A DNA stretch of 64,000 bases from Octopus sinensis (GCF_006345805.1 NC_043017.1:2914001-2978000), one strand, 5' to 3'; shown: positions 40,143 through 54,614, numbered from the stretch's first letter. Program-made: numbers and translations. Notes: generated by a model not told the origin, from the sequence alone.

Positions 40143-40363
40143 ACTACCCACAAGGGGCTAAACACAGAGAGGACAAATAAGGACATAAAAACGGATTAAG
40201 TCGATTATATCGACTCCAGTGCGTAACAAGTACTTATTTAATCGACCCCGAAAGGATGAAAGGCAAAGTCGACCTCGGCGTAATTTGAACTCAGAACGTA
40301 GCGGCAGACGAACTACCGCTAGTCATTTCGCCCGGCGTGCTACCGTTTCTGCCAGCTCGCCGC
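40143..40363 (-). mobile_element. SINE family B, full length
   Basis: Reverse complement of the 11776 copy. Confidence 0.92.
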
Positions 40364-41904
40364 TTTGTTCTAGTTATTTATATCAACAATTATACACATT
40401 AGCTAAAAATTTCAAGTAAGTCACTTCCAGGAAGTCAATTAATTTCAAAATTTGACATTTAGTTCTCCGCACCCATCATGTTTCATTGCGATAATTCTTC
40501 ATATTTTTGTTTTCAAAACAACCTTGATTGCTGCTGCAGAAACATTTTCTTTTGTTATTGATACCATTTTTTTCGTTCTTCGTTTTTTTTTCTTTGATAT
40601 TTACCATTGTTGCTCTTCTTATTTGTATTGTTGTTTTTGTTACGGTTAAGTATGTATGGAATTTCCTAAGTGTGTTGGAAGCTATTTGGCATATATGCCT
40701 TACTAATGACATATCTGCTGCGTAAAAGGTGTTTCGCCCCTCCCCGGCACTCGGCTCTCATTGCCGTCTCCACCCTGCAGCCATACACTCCTAACATCAT
40801 ACAGCTCAATGTCTGTGCAACGCTATCAACATCGTATATTGATTTGACTTGAAAGTTATTACATACATTTATCTCACATCACTTCTTCTGTTAAATATCA
40901 TTTCCACTTAATTTTATCGCTCCTCTACAAATATACATACACATATAAACATACATAGATACATATATATATATACATACACACATATATATATATACAC
41001 ACACATATATATATATATGCATATATATATATATATATGAATGAATATATGTATGTATATGAATATATAAACGAATGTGTATGTATATATATATGTATGT
41101 GTGTGTGTGTGTGTATGTATATTATGAAATATTTATATATACACACATATATATATATGCATACATATATATGTATGTATATATATATAATGCACATACA
41201 CACACACACGCACACATATGTATATATTCACACACATGAAAACAACTACAAGCACGTTTGTTGTGTTTATGAATATGTATACACACTTGTATTCAGTGTG
41301 TATATATCCCGTTGCTCCGTTCTCTCTCTCTCTGTCTCTCTCGTGCTTTCTTGGTAGCTCTTTCTCTTTCTTTGAGACTGTCTGTCTATTTCTATGTCTC
41401 TCTCTTCCTCTCTATCTCTCTCCCTTTCCCTCTCACCCTCTCTGTTCTACTTTCTCTTCATCTCTCTCTCTCTCTCCTTTTGCCGCTCCACTCAGATTCT
41501 CTCCCATCGATCTCTTTACAGCTTTCCCCATCAATGCCCTTCACTCTATTGTTCTTTCTGTTTCTTTAAGTACACACATGTAAGAATGTGAAATACAAAA
41601 GTAAATGGCATACCATTACACACATTCGCAGACGAGCACACGCTTAGACAGGAGAGAGAGAGAGAGAGAGAGAGAAAGACACACACACACACACACTTTC
41701 GAATATGCATCTAAATGCATACATTTACCAGTCACGACACAGCATTTGTGTGTTAGCGTTTTACATCGGAGCGCGCTCACACACACATAGAATCAAGCGT
41801 AGAAACACACGCACAAACATAAACACACACACACACACGCATATATAACATATGTGTGCGTATGTGTATATGCACAAATGCACACATACAGACGCATTCA
41901 TATA

Positions 41905-42321
41905 TACTCTTTTACTCTCTTACTTGTTTCAGTCATTTGCCTGTGGCCATGCTGGAGCACCGGCCTTTAGCCGAACAAATCGATCCCAGGACTTATTCTT
42001 TGTCAGCCTAGTACTTATTCTATCAGTCTATTTTGCCGAACGGCTAAGTTACGGGGACGTAAACACAACAGCATCTGTTTTCAAGCGATGTTGTGGGGAC
42101 AGACACAGACACATAAACGTATACACACACATATATATTACATATATACATATATACGACGAGCTTCTTTCAGGTTCCGTCTACGAAATCCACTCACAAG
42201 GCTATGGTCAGCCCGAGGCTATAGTAGAAGACACTTGCCCAAGGTGCCACGCAGTGGGACTGAACCCGGAACTATGTGGTTGGTAAGCAAGCTACTTACC
42301 ACACAGCCACTCCTACGCCTA
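41905..42321 (-). mobile_element. SINE family A, full length
   Basis: Reverse complement of the 49625 copy, from tail to head. Confidence 0.92.
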
Positions 42322-42329
42322 TATATATA

Positions 42330-42480
42330 TAAAGGAACACTCCGTCTGTGACGACGACGAGGGCCCCAGCTGATACGATCAAAGGAACTGTTGGCTTGTG
42401 AAAGTAACGTGCAAGTGGCTCCGCACTTCACAGAGAAGTATACCTTGTGGACCTTGCGCTCGTGAACGGAACGCCCACAC
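42330..42480 (-). mobile_element. SINE family D fragment
   Basis: aacgtgcaagtggctccgcacttcacagag is the diverged reverse complement of the 26700-26750 motif. Confidence 0.5.
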
Positions 42481-42914
42481 CATTAAGCCACGCGCCTTCA
42501 CTAATATATATATATATATATAATGTATATATATTAATGTGTGTGCGTGTGTCCATGTGTGTAGAAACAAAGAGATGACACTGGAAAACGAAATGTTATA
42601 TAATGAACATCTCTTTGTGTCTATAACAATTCTATTCTCATATAACAATGTGTTCAGGACTATACGTACGTTGAATTTTAACCAGGTTATTAGTCTGTTT
42701 ATATAATAACCAGGTTATTATATTCCCTTATATAACCAGGTTATATAAGCAAAATATCAAAATGTAAGTACATATATGCGTGTGTGTGCGTGTGTGCGTG
42801 TGGCGAGAAATGTGGGGGGAGAGAGAACCATTTTGGTGTTCGATGATATGGGACAATGAAAGTACATACTATTATTCCGAGTTTCTCAAAATTAAATGTC
42901 ATTTATGTTTGTTT

Positions 42915-43122
42915 CAAATTTCGGCACAAGGCTAGCAGGTTTGGCTGATGAGCTAAGTCGATTACATGGGCCCCAATGTTTAACTGTTACTTAGTTTATG
43001 GAAATCGAAATAATTAAAGCCAAAGTCGACTCCAGCGCCATTTTAACTCAGGACGTACTGACAGTCAAAAGGATGCTAAGCGTTTTTACCGACGTTGCAA
43101 CGCTTCTGCCAGCTCACCGCTA
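42915..43122 (-). mobile_element. SINE family B, diverged
   Basis: aagtcgactccagcgccattttaactcagg...cttctgccagctcaccgc. Confidence 0.7.
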
Positions 43123-43339
43123 CGAGTGGCATTTATATTACTAACAGTAACAAATATTGTTAAATTCAAGGATCTCCATGCAAAAAACTCTATATCAGTC
43201 GACCGGATGACTTTTTTTTTTACTGCTTAATTCTTTTCTTTTCAAATAAGTTGCTATTAATTATTGCTATAAGCAGAAATTGTATTTAATCAAATCGGTG
43301 CAGAAGTAACGCGATCTGCGACAATTTTTACTCAGACAA

Positions 43340-43578
43340 TCTACAGATATATAAAGCTGAAGTTTACTCTGACAATCTACAGATATATAAAGCTGAAATT
43401 GTCTGTGTGTGTGTGGCAGGTTTGATGCCTTCAACTAACACTATCCCCTCCGAGACCCTGCGACGCAAGCTGACCAAAATTGAGAGTATGATAGAAGGCT
43501 TGTTCCTCATTCCGTAGAAGAAAAAATTCAAATCGGACTATGTTAACACCAAAAATTATTTACATCAAAAAAGTGATT

Positions 43579-43580
<2 letters not shown>
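43340..43580 (+). mobile_element. Helitron-like element 5' part with duplicated start
   Basis: A|TCtacagatatataaagctgaa occurs at 43340 and 43376. The body matches the reverse complement of 27290-27470 and is truncated by (TA)n. Confidence 0.7.
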
Positions 43581-43645
<65 letters not shown>

Positions 43646-43989
43646 GTATATGTAGGCCTCGGCGGCATTTGAACCCAAAAAGTACAAACAGAGGAAATGC
43701 CGCTAAGCATTTTTCACAGGGCACTAACGATTCTGCCAGCTTCATCCCCCCATCTGCTTTTTCTCGAAACTACCTTTTCATGTGGCAGAGCCATTTTATT
43801 AGTTTATTAATCTAAAGCGGATTTATATACCTGCCAGTTCTCACAAACCCAAGACAATAAGGTTCATTTTCGCGATCCAGAATCTGGCAAAACCTCCGAT
43901 GCAAAACAGAAACGATTTTCTCTGATTCTTGTTTTTGCCATCTGTTTGTAATGAGATGAAAGAGCTTTTTTTCTTCCTTTCTCTCGGTG

Positions 43990-44142
43990 AAAGTTGTTTC
44001 TTTGTTTTCGTATTTCCTCTTATATCTTTTTGTTGAAGAGCGTAGGCTCGAAACGTAAAAGACTTTTACAGTTTTCCCGAGCGTCAAAATAATACACTTG
44101 CGTGTTTTTCCGACGTCTTTTGTTTTTCTATAAATTCCAACT
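43990..44142 (+). mobile_element. Penelope-like terminal repeat (HHR-bearing family), copy 1
   Basis: ttgttgaagagcgtaggctcgaaacgtaaaagac...ccgagcgtcaaaataatac...aaattccaactata, abutting (TA)n. Homologous to 54615 and 60700. Confidence 0.65.
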
Positions 44143-44184
44143 ATATATACATACACACACACACAACACAACACACACACACAA

Positions 44185-44251
<67 letters not shown>

Positions 44252-44399
44252 CCCTTCTTGTAATTTCTCCCATATAACGACACACGTACTTTTCTTGTGC
44301 TATGTTTTCCTTCCCTCTGGACCTTTCGTCTTTCTGACAAAGAGCCATGCTCGGAACATTACACACACGCTCTTTATTCCATCTTAAACTGAGCATATA

Positions 44400-44640
44400 T
44401 ATATAGTGAAAGTTTACGAAAAAAAAAACCAAAAGACGAAGGCAGGTGGTGTACAAAACAAACAGATGTATTAGTATAGCGCTCAGGAATAGAAAGTCTT
44501 TTACGATTCGAACCTACGCTCTTCTACAGATAGGTACACAGAAAAAACAAAGAGAGAAACAAGGAGAGAAAAAAATGTGTGTAGTGCTAACGATCTATCG
44601 GAGTGGAGACAGTATGATCTTTGTCTATCTCCTTAACTTC
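44400..44640 (-). mobile_element. Penelope-like terminal repeat, inverted copy
   Basis: agtcttttacgattcgaacctacgctcttctacag is the reverse complement of the same family motif. Confidence 0.65.
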
Positions 44641-44944
44641 TTGGAGATTTTAGGTAAAATTATACAAATGTGTCCATCTGTTTTAATTTAATTAAATTCT
44701 ATGTCTTTGTGTGGCTGAAGATTGTTCTACAGTTTAAATTGATGTAATGATGCATTATTCAATTAAATGCATAAAACGATCGTACTGCATTAGCTCTGCA
44801 TATCCTGTGTTGCTTATATATATATATATAATATATATATATTATATATATATTATATATATATAATAAGTATTAGGGAATAAGTCTTTCATTGTTTGAT
44901 TTGCCTAATAGTGGTTTTGTCTCTAATTTAATATAATATATATA

Positions 44945-45303
44945 TACTACTACTACTATGACAATCCCTCAAGGTCGAGGATGATGGTCTTCGCGCAAAT
45001 TTATTGGTGAGTCCGCAGGTGACTGATAAGACCAATTCTTGCTCGAAAAGACCGGTCACAGTGCGGACATCTAATGCCGGAAGGGAGAGTCGCACGAGGT
45101 TGTTGTTGGCGCTCCTTCCGTCGTCGTCTTTTCTCCTCCAGCTCTGCAGACCTTTTCGACTCGAAAGTCGCCGTTCCCTCATGGATGGTGGTTTTCCAGA
45201 GTGGTCTGTTTTTTGCCGTTTCCTCCCAGTTGGTGAAGTCAATGTCACACTTTTTGGGGTTCAATTTCAGTGAGTCCTTGTAGCGTTTCTTCTGGCCTCC
45301 TTT
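44945..45303 (-). mobile_element. RTE (BovB-like) LINE 3' end: ORF C-terminus, 3' UTR and (TAG)n tail
   Basis: GGQKKRYKDSLK...WEETAKNRPLWKTTIHEG...CPHCDRSFRARIGLISHLRTH* is the typical RTE C-terminus with a C2H2 finger. It is followed by a short UTR and tagtagtagtag. Confidence 0.92.
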
Positions 45304-45935
45304 TGTGCATGTATGTAAGTATATATGAATGTGTATATATATATACACGTTCATATATACTTACATGTATGCATATATATACATTCAAACACTTACATAC
45401 ACACATACACTGATACACACACATATAACCAACACATCACTCCACATTCTTAGACCTTGTCTTTGAGCAGCCATTACATTAGTGGTATACACTGTCTCTG
45501 ATCTAAGAAGAGGTGTGATATCATCGAAAAAACAAAAATTTCTTAAATTTCGTACACGGACTCTGATCTCCATAACTAACGTTAAGAATATCATATTTAT
45601 TTGCCTGTTTCCATTAAATATTTCCATGTTCCACTTCGATCTTCACCAATGGATTTGTAGATCGCAAACTTTTCTAACATTATCATCCACCCCAAACTCT
45701 CTCTCTCCCCCTCTCTCCCCCTCTATCTTTCTCTCTTTTTAATAGACTCTCCCGTCGTTAGACGACGTATGATGATTAGGCAATTTCTTGCCGAACAACC
45801 ACAAAGTTGATTTGTTTAAAGGAATTAAATGTTTGTGCTCACTCAAATCGATGTTACTGGTACCGATACAAAGCGGCAACGGTAAATGATTTACTTTGCT
45901 CAGAAACAAGATACGTAGAAAGATAGATAGATAAT

Positions 45936-46225
45936 GCTTTGTGAGTGGATTTGGTAGACGGAAACGGAAAGAAGCCCGTCGTATATATGTATATATATAT
46001 GTGTGTGCGTGTATGTTTTTTTGTGTCTGTGTTTGTCCCCCTAGCATTGCTTGACAACCGATGCTGGTGTGTTTACGTCCCCGTTACTGAGCGGTTCGGC
46101 AAAAGAGACCGATAGGATAAGTACTAGGCTTACAAAAGAATAAGTTCCGGGGTCGAGTTGCTCGATTAAAAGGCGGTGCTCCAGCATGGCCACAGTCAAA
46201 TGACTGAAACGAGTAAAAATGTAAA
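45936..46225 (+). mobile_element. SINE family A, 5'-truncated
   Basis: gtgagtggatttggtagacggaaac...gactgaaacgagtaaaa, followed by (GATA)n. Confidence 0.88.
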
Positions 46226-46266
46226 AGAGAGATAGATAGATAGATAGATCGATAGATAGATAGATC

Positions 46267-46321
<55 letters not shown>

Positions 46322-46907
46322 TGATAGACAGATAGTTAGAAAAAAATATTAATATATTTCTGTACACAAACACTCATACACACACACACACATACATGCT
46401 TGTACATACATATGGATGCGTGCGTGTGTACATTTGTCGAAAACCGTGCGCCATCCTTTCCGTCAGACTCTCTCTCTCTCTCTCTCTGTCTTATGGAAAG
46501 CCTTTATTACTTACATACATCTTACTCACGACATATGAAAACATAAACATCTCTGAAAGTCATTCTCAAACAGTTTTATTTCAACTTGATTTTCACCAAA
46601 TTGTAACGCACAAAACCCCTCCCCACACACCATTCCGCCATCTTTCTGTCTCACTTATATACATACTTACAAACATACATACTTACAGATATATATATAT
46701 ATACATACATACAGTGTACATATATACATATGTTTATCTATATATATGTATATATATATATATATGTATATATACGTATGTATATACATATATATATATA
46801 TATATATATGTATGTATATATGTGAATATATATGCGTGTGTGTATATATAACTATATATATATATATATATATACATATATACGTACATATATATGTATG
46901 TATATAC

Positions 46908-46939
<32 letters not shown>

Positions 46940-47139
46940 GTATATATATGTATATATACGTATGTATATACATATATATATATAGATAGATATATATATA
47001 TACACACACATACTTTTTGCATCTCTTACATATACGCTCTCCATGTTTTCCATTCTGTTTCTCTTTTATACACTCTGTTTGCTAATGGACACTTCTCGCA
47101 ATGCTATTGATTACGAATCGTCTATATATCTGCCTAGGA

Positions 47140-47690
47140 TTGTTGTTACTGCTGTTGTTGTTTTTGTAATTGTTGTTGTTGTTGTTTTGGCTACTGCTGC
47201 TGCTGCTGCTGCTTCTGCAGTCTTGCTATCAGCTGCGTCTGCCTCTTTACTTACTGGCTTAATATGTGTTGCTTGCTCTTATTACTGATTCCTCTTCTTC
47301 TTCTTCTTCTTCTTCTTCGTCTTTTCTTCCTCCCCTCCTCCTCCTCCTCTTCTTCTTCTTCTTCTTCCTATCTTCCTTCTTCTTCTTCTTCTTCTTCTTT
47401 TCCTTCTTCTTTTTTATCTTCCTCCTCCTTTTTCTTCTTCTTCTTCTTCTTCTTCTTCTTCTTTTCTTCGTTGTTGCCGTAGTAGTAGTAGTTGTGTTGT
47501 TGTTGTTGTTGTTCTTCTTCTTCTTCTTCTTCTTCTTTTCTTCTTCTTCTTCTTCTTCTTTTCTTCGTTGTTGTCGTAGTTGATGTTGTTGTTGTTGTTG
47601 TTCTTCTTCTTCTTCTTCCTCTTCTTCTTCTTCTTCTGCTTCTTCTTCTCTTTCTTCTTCTTCTTCTTCTTCTTCCTTCTTCTGTTGGCC
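47140..47690. repeat. (CTT)n/(GTT)n/(GCT)n compound microsatellite
   Basis: Seen directly. It explains the poly-E/K/S/L ORFs. Confidence 0.95.
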
Positions 47691-49000
47691 TAAGTGCTTC
47701 CGCCGATCACATCCGACGTGCAATAAATGTGACCTGTGAGGCTAAAGCGAAATGCAAAGTCGGCTGAAAGTTTAACATCAAGCCCATTAAGGCTGCCATT
47801 ATTGGTACATGCTGCAACTAAGTGCTTAAGTTGAATCAGATGAAAATGGAGGCATGAAGGGGGGGGGGGGGTCGTTGTGGAAAGCCGGCGGGGGGAATGC
47901 GAAAACATAAGAAAAGAAAACAAAAAGACAACAAAGAAAGAAGCGATAAATAGTAAAACAAAATTAGATAATGAAAGTGAAAGCAGAATTGAACGCTCAG
48001 GGACAAAAATAAAACTGTCAAAAAAAAAAGAAGAAGAAAAAAGGAGGTGAATAAAGGGAAAATTGTCAGTATAAGAAGACAGAGCAAGGGATAAGAACGG
48101 GAGAGAGGGAGAGAGAGAGAACTTGAAGAAGAATAACGAGGGAAGAAAGAATTTGTGAGTGCGATTAGGGATTAGGTTACGGAAGAAGAGAACAAAATAT
48201 GAATAAAGTGTTAGAAAGAGAATAACAGAGATTATGTGATGGGAGAGAGAGAAGGAATCAAGGAGAGGTGGAGAGTGAATGAGACAAGCTTGGAAAGAAA
48301 AAAGAAAAGAAAAGTGAAGAATACCTATAAAAATGACAAATCTACTTTTAGCTAAAACCTTATCTAAGCCTAAATACATGAAATCTAATCTGAGCTGCAC
48401 CAATATATGGATTATTGTCAGAACTGAGTGAAATATTGTGCATGTGAAGAAAGAAATAGTCAAATATTTAAGTGGAGCGAAGTCACTTGGAAAAAATAGA
48501 CCAGTCGTTTGGAATGAAATGTCAAATATAAGTTATGGAGTGAACAACATAACAGTGTCATTGTAGCAAACAGTGCCAAAGAAAATGATTAAAATCCTTC
48601 AATGATGAAATATGTCATTGAACCGATGTGCTTTATAACTAATTGAAATGGTCTGTAGTTTCGACTTAGATTTTCTGATTTGGTAAAATACCAAACTCCA
48701 CTTCCTTCATTAGTTCTCTGTAAATGAATTGATGTGTTTTTCCGTTTATAGTTGGTTTTCGTCCATGTTGTCGGCCACTTTGGTGTAGAATCAAATTTGA
48801 TCAATTATATTAATTTCGTAAGATCTCCATAATGGCTTATATCTTCTTGAATGACTCAGAATAATTCTAGCTACTTCATCATCTCTTTTTTTTTATTCCT
48901 TTTGGTATGCTAGGATATTCATATTTATATTAATCTAAGTATTTACATATGTGTGTATGTATGCGTGCATGTATGAATCTAATTATGTGTATATATAAAT

Positions 49001-49042
<42 letters not shown>

Positions 49043-49206
49043 ATATATATATATATTATATATATTCACATACGCACATACAAGAAACACACACATACAC
49101 ATACACACAGATATAGCATATTTGTAATGAACAGAACTTACAAAGTGACTTAACGGTCGAAAGACACGGGCAGTAGCCCTTTGGAATTGTATACATATAT
49201 ATATAT

Positions 49207-49276
<70 letters not shown>

Positions 49277-49300
49277 GTATATGTATATGTATCTGTGTAT

Positions 49301-49440
<140 letters not shown>

Positions 49441-49578
49441 AGTTCAAACTTACAGAAAACAAAAGAGGAAGACAGGTGTGGGAACAGCAAAACTGAGCAG
49501 ATTTATACGCACGCACACACACGCACACACTTAACACACATTTATACATATATATGTGCACACACATAACTATGTATG

Positions 49579-49624
<46 letters not shown>

Positions 49625-49625
<1 letters not shown>

Positions 49626-50025
49626 AGGCGCAGGAGTGGCTGTGTGGTAAGTAGCTTGCTAACCAACCACATGGTTCCGGGTTCAGTCCCACTGCGTGGC
49701 ATCTTGGGCAAGTGTCTTCTGCTATAGCCCCGGGCCGACCAATGCCCTCTGAGTGGATTTGGCAGACGGAAACTGAAAGAAGCCTGTCGTATATATGTAT
49801 ATATATGTATATATGTGCATGTGTGTGTGTTTTTCCCCCTAGCATTGCTTGACAACCGATGCTGGTGTGTTTACGTCCCCGTCACTTAGCGGTTCGGCAA
49901 AAGAGACAGATAGAATAAGTACTGGGCTTACAAAGACTAAGTCCCGGGGTCGATTTGCTCGACTAAAGGCGGTGCTCCAGCATGGCCGCAGTTAAATGAC
50001 TGAAACAAGTAAAATAGTAAAAGAG
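49625..50025 (+). mobile_element. SINE family A, full length
   Basis: taggcgcaggagtggctgtgtggtaag...gactgaaacaagtaaaatagtaaaagag. Confidence 0.93.
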
Positions 50026-52444
50026 TATATATACACACACATATATGTATATATATGTATGTATGTGTATATATATGTAGAGTTGAAATTTATAGAAAAT
50101 CAGTTTATGATCGGAATCCTCTATCGGTATACATTACTGTTACATTGTCCAACGTCTCGCTTTACAGAATGAAGTGTGTGAGTTGAGGAGATCTAACTGC
50201 TATGTCTGGCAGCTGGAAAAACAGATTAAAACCGCCATTGTTAATTAATTTTCAGTTATTTAAGATGTTGACAAGCCATACTGATGGCGGCATTCTATTG
50301 CAATCTCTGATAATGTATCTTATTAAAGAAACATCTGTTTTATGACTTTCAACTGCGATTACTGAATGAATACATAGAAATGAATTAACAGGAATATTTT
50401 ATTTGCACCAAATATGCGGCACAATAGAATCCGAAGGTCTAGCATTCGGTAATGTAAAAGAGATAATCTTAAAATCATACATTTAGATTTGAAATGTTGA
50501 TAAACACATTGTTTTGTAAGAAATATACATCAATCTGGCATTTTGGTTTGAAAAGATGCGAAAATCCATGCTTCTAATTAAATTTTAATTTCAAATTATG
50601 AATTGAAATTTCTGTTCATTTTAATCTTTATCTTTTAATTTCTTTTGATTCGATTTCATATTTTTTCGAAACTATTTTTGCTTCAATGTTTGAGCAATTT
50701 CACTGCTAAAAACAGAATTAAGTTCTATGAACATAGCTGCAGTATCAAAAGCTGCTAGGGTTTCTATTGACTGACGGGTTCTGAGGAGGGTATTTAGTGC
50801 AATTTCGTCGATGCCAACAGCATTATTGCTAATGTTTATATTTTTCAGCTTTCTATAATTTCAGGGCCAAAAGTTTAACAGTACAATATTAATTATAAAA
50901 TTCCTGCTGTTACTGCTGTTTTGTCGCTACTGCTACTACTACTACTACTCTGCTTGTCATTATTTTGGTTGCTGTAGCTCTTTTTGTAGTTGTTATTGTG
51001 ATATTTTATATATTTTTATTTTTGTTGTTGTTGATGTAGTTATTTAATTTGAAACAAAAAAAAAATGAAGAGAAAATCTGAATATATTGCTTCAGCTTAT
51101 AATTATTTCACACGGTGAAAATTTTTGCCTTTGTTTTCTATTCTATGTTTAATTATTTTAATATCGTTATTATTTTTTATCATTATAAATTAGATCGTAA
51201 GTTTTGCTGCACATGTTGATTAATATCTTTGTGTCTGTGTGCAGTTTTGTCCAACTTTCTTCTGAAACATTCAATTTTCATCAACGGTATTCTCTTCTCT
51301 CTCTTCCAATCACAATGAACATTTCTTTCATATCAAATCAATGAAAACATTTGTAATTACTGCAACATTGAACATATTTTGTTTCTGTTTTGTTGAATTT
51401 TTTATTCTTCCTTTTCACATATTAATTGCATTAGAGTTTTTAAAGTTAATTACTAACCACTGTGTTTAGAGATAATTAAATGTTTTATTCATTACCCTAA
51501 TTTGACATTTTTGCATAATAATGATAACACAGATATGTTTCCCTGATTAATTATAAAAGTTTTCAATCGATATTATTATATTTTGTCCTTGCTGTGTTTT
51601 CTGGTCGCTATTTTTGAATCTTATTCCATTAACCACGGCGATGACACGTCTATTACTTTACACAACTTTCTTTACAATTTCTCTTTCTTTTGTAAATTTT
51701 ATTTTTACATTTGTGAAAATCTTAATTATTTTATTAATAAATTCACTTCTTTTGCTCTCAATGTTAGGTTATTACGTAAATCGCCTTACTGGCAAACTAA
51801 TTAGAATTTTCAGCAATGCGATATGTTATATGCTGTACAAAAAGTATGGAGAACTTTGAAAGAAGTTGTTAAATTGGTAAATTTGATATTTCATGTTTCA
51901 ATTCCTAACTGAAACTAATTTAGAGAACAACATACGAACGTCAGTAGTTAAAAGCTTCAATCCCAATATGCGGAGTAAATGACACAAAATGGTTGCCATT
52001 TGTTTATAACTGAAACGAACAATAATGGGTGAGATATTTAATATGTGAAATGAAGAAAAGTGCACAAATGCTTGACGCTGTTGTTTAATCTGAATCAATC
52101 TTCATTGAGCGAAAGCCTCATCAAAGAGTCCCAAACTCATCAAAGGGTCTCAAAGGGTTTTTGGAATACATCATGCAACTTGTCCTTCAGTTTTGTTAAG
52201 GTGGTAAGAGAGTGACTTATTTGTAGAAGGTCATTAGTCCAATTTTTCTATTGTAACATACTTAAACTGATTAAGGAAACGGTAACAGAAGGTGTTCTAT
52301 ATAGTTAGACATACTTGCAGGATTCTAAGTTGTCACATTCAGACGCTAAATACAACTATAATGTTTAGATAGAGCTGTCAGTCTACGCTGTTATTGCAGT
52401 GAAAATATTGATGAATATTGTCCACGTAACTACATATAATTGTG

Positions 52445-52695
52445 GAGGCGCGTGGCTTAGTGGTTAGGGTGTCAGTATCATAATCGTAAGATTGTGGTTT
52501 CGATTCCTGAATCGGGCGACGCGTTGTGTTCTTGAGCAAACCTCTTCATTTCACGTTGCTCCAGTCCACTCAGCTGGCAAAAATGAGTAACGCTGCGATG
52601 GACTGGCGTCCCGTCCAGCTGGGGAACACATACGCCATAGAAACCAGGCCCACAGCCTGGCTAGGCTTTAAAAAGGGCGCATTTATTATTTATTT
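52445..52695 (+). mobile_element. SINE family C variant (V-SINE-like core)
   Basis: tRNA-like head ggcgcgtggcttagtggttag and core gtaacgctgcgatggactggcgtcccgtccag. Flanking taactacat(a/g)taa looks like a TSD. Confidence 0.85.
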
Positions 52696-52739
52696 GTTTA
52701 ACTACATGTAAACTATCTCACAAGAATTATGTACGTCCC

Positions 52740-52882
52740 GTAGCATTTTATCATTTTATCAGCTCCGACAGGATAAAGAGCAAAGTCAACCTCGGTGGAA
52801 TTTGAACTTAGAACGTAGCGACGAGTGAAATAACACTAACCATTCCGTCCAGCGTGCTAAATATTCTGCTAGCTCACCGCCT
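52740..52882 (-). mobile_element. SINE family B, partial
   Basis: aaagtcaacctcggtggaatttgaacttagaacgtag...gctagctcaccgcc. Confidence 0.75.
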
Positions 52883-54346
52883 TACGACTTTGTTAAGTAT
52901 AATAGATTGTTAATCATTTGTAAAAGACCTGTATCACAATTTGAACACGGTTACCGATATACGATATTGCATCGTGTGTGAATTATTAAATAAAAATGAA
53001 ACTGAACGGTTCCATTACAATGTCGGCGGAATTTGAACACAGGACTTAAAGACTAACGAAATACAAATAAGTATTTTCTGCGTCCTGCTAGCGATAATTT
53101 TAGCTCGCAGAATCCAACGCATATTCTTAGAAAAACATTAGAAAAGCGGGAACACTAAAAATTGATACTTCAGACAGTGGAATTCTGGTGATGATCTCTT
53201 AACTCCTGGTCACACGACCCATTCTGGACATATTCAAAATTGTATAGATTATACTTTAGCCAGATCTGAGTAAAATAGATTATTTTTTAGAGAGAAGAGG
53301 TGTATGTCAAAGAAAGAGAGAGAAGGAAGCAAGGAAACTGGTATTTTGCTAGATGCTTTTAATTCTGAAGCTAGAAGGAACGAGAACAGGGATCATGTGG
53401 AATTTGAACACAGGGTGTTGGAACAAATAACGTCCGACATTAATATATCGAATACTACATTACCATTGCATTCATTATATTAACATCAAAAACATTAGCA
53501 TTTAATTTGCATACATAATTATTCTTATTCTTCTTATTATTATTATTAGTATTATTTCCTTTATATTTAATCTTGTTCTATTGCATGTAAATTTAGTCTT
53601 GAATCCTCAAATTCATAGATATACATGTGTGTATATGTGTATGTATATCTGTATGTATATATATATATATAAATATGTATGTATGCATGTATGTGTGTCT
53701 ATGAGCGTGAGAGTGTGTGTAAATACATATAAGCATATATATATATATAGATATGTGTGTGTGTGTGTGTGTGTGTGTTTATATGTATTTATATATATGA
53801 GTATACATATGCGTTTGTGTGTGCATATATTTATATATCATTGCATGTATGTATAACTGCGTGTATGTAGGTGTGTGTACGTAAGTCTGTGTGTGTGTTT
53901 GTGTGCCTGCTTGTATGTATATATGAGTTTGCGTAGACAGATATACAGCTAGTTACATGCATCGAAGTGCTATAATTTCCTTCAACCGCGCGGTTTATTT
54001 TCCGGCATCCAAACCTCTTACCAACCATTCCTGTCATCTTCAATCCAACGCAACGCGTCTTACATTTCCCATAAATTCACGTCTCTACACATAATAAGTG
54101 ACTTGTTTGTAACCTTTTTTTTTCCCCTTCATTCTAAATGTCAGATATCTTTCTTATTTGCGTTGCCGCCTTCATTCTCTTCATAATCCACGTATTACAA
54201 AAATATGAAAAGCGGCGAATTGGTGGAAAGTGTTGAGCAGCGGGGCGAAATGTCAAAAAGAATGTTACGTCAGCTTTAAGTTCTTCTGTAAGCTCAAATA
54301 GCTAAATTACGGGGACGTAAACACGCCAACAGCGGTTGTGTCGTGC

Positions 54347-54406
<60 letters not shown>

Positions 54407-54500
54407 TTGTTTTATTTATATTCTGAGCGCCATACTAATACAATTGTTTGTTTGTACTCCACCTGCCTTCGTCTTTTGTTTATTTTCATAAAGCTTCCCG

Positions 54501-54610
<110 letters not shown>

Positions 54611-54614
54611 TATG

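Noticed and set aside
50670-50860. Minus-strand open frame KLKNINISNNAVGIDEIALNTLLRT..., superficially LRR-like
   Set aside because: No convincing splice sites. It is equally compatible with a decayed LINE KAxGxDxI motif, so it is not called.
51936-52009. Minus-strand AG...GT segment starting MATILCHLLRILGLKLL
   Set aside because: The splice signals are plausible but common in AT-rich DNA, and there is no independent support.
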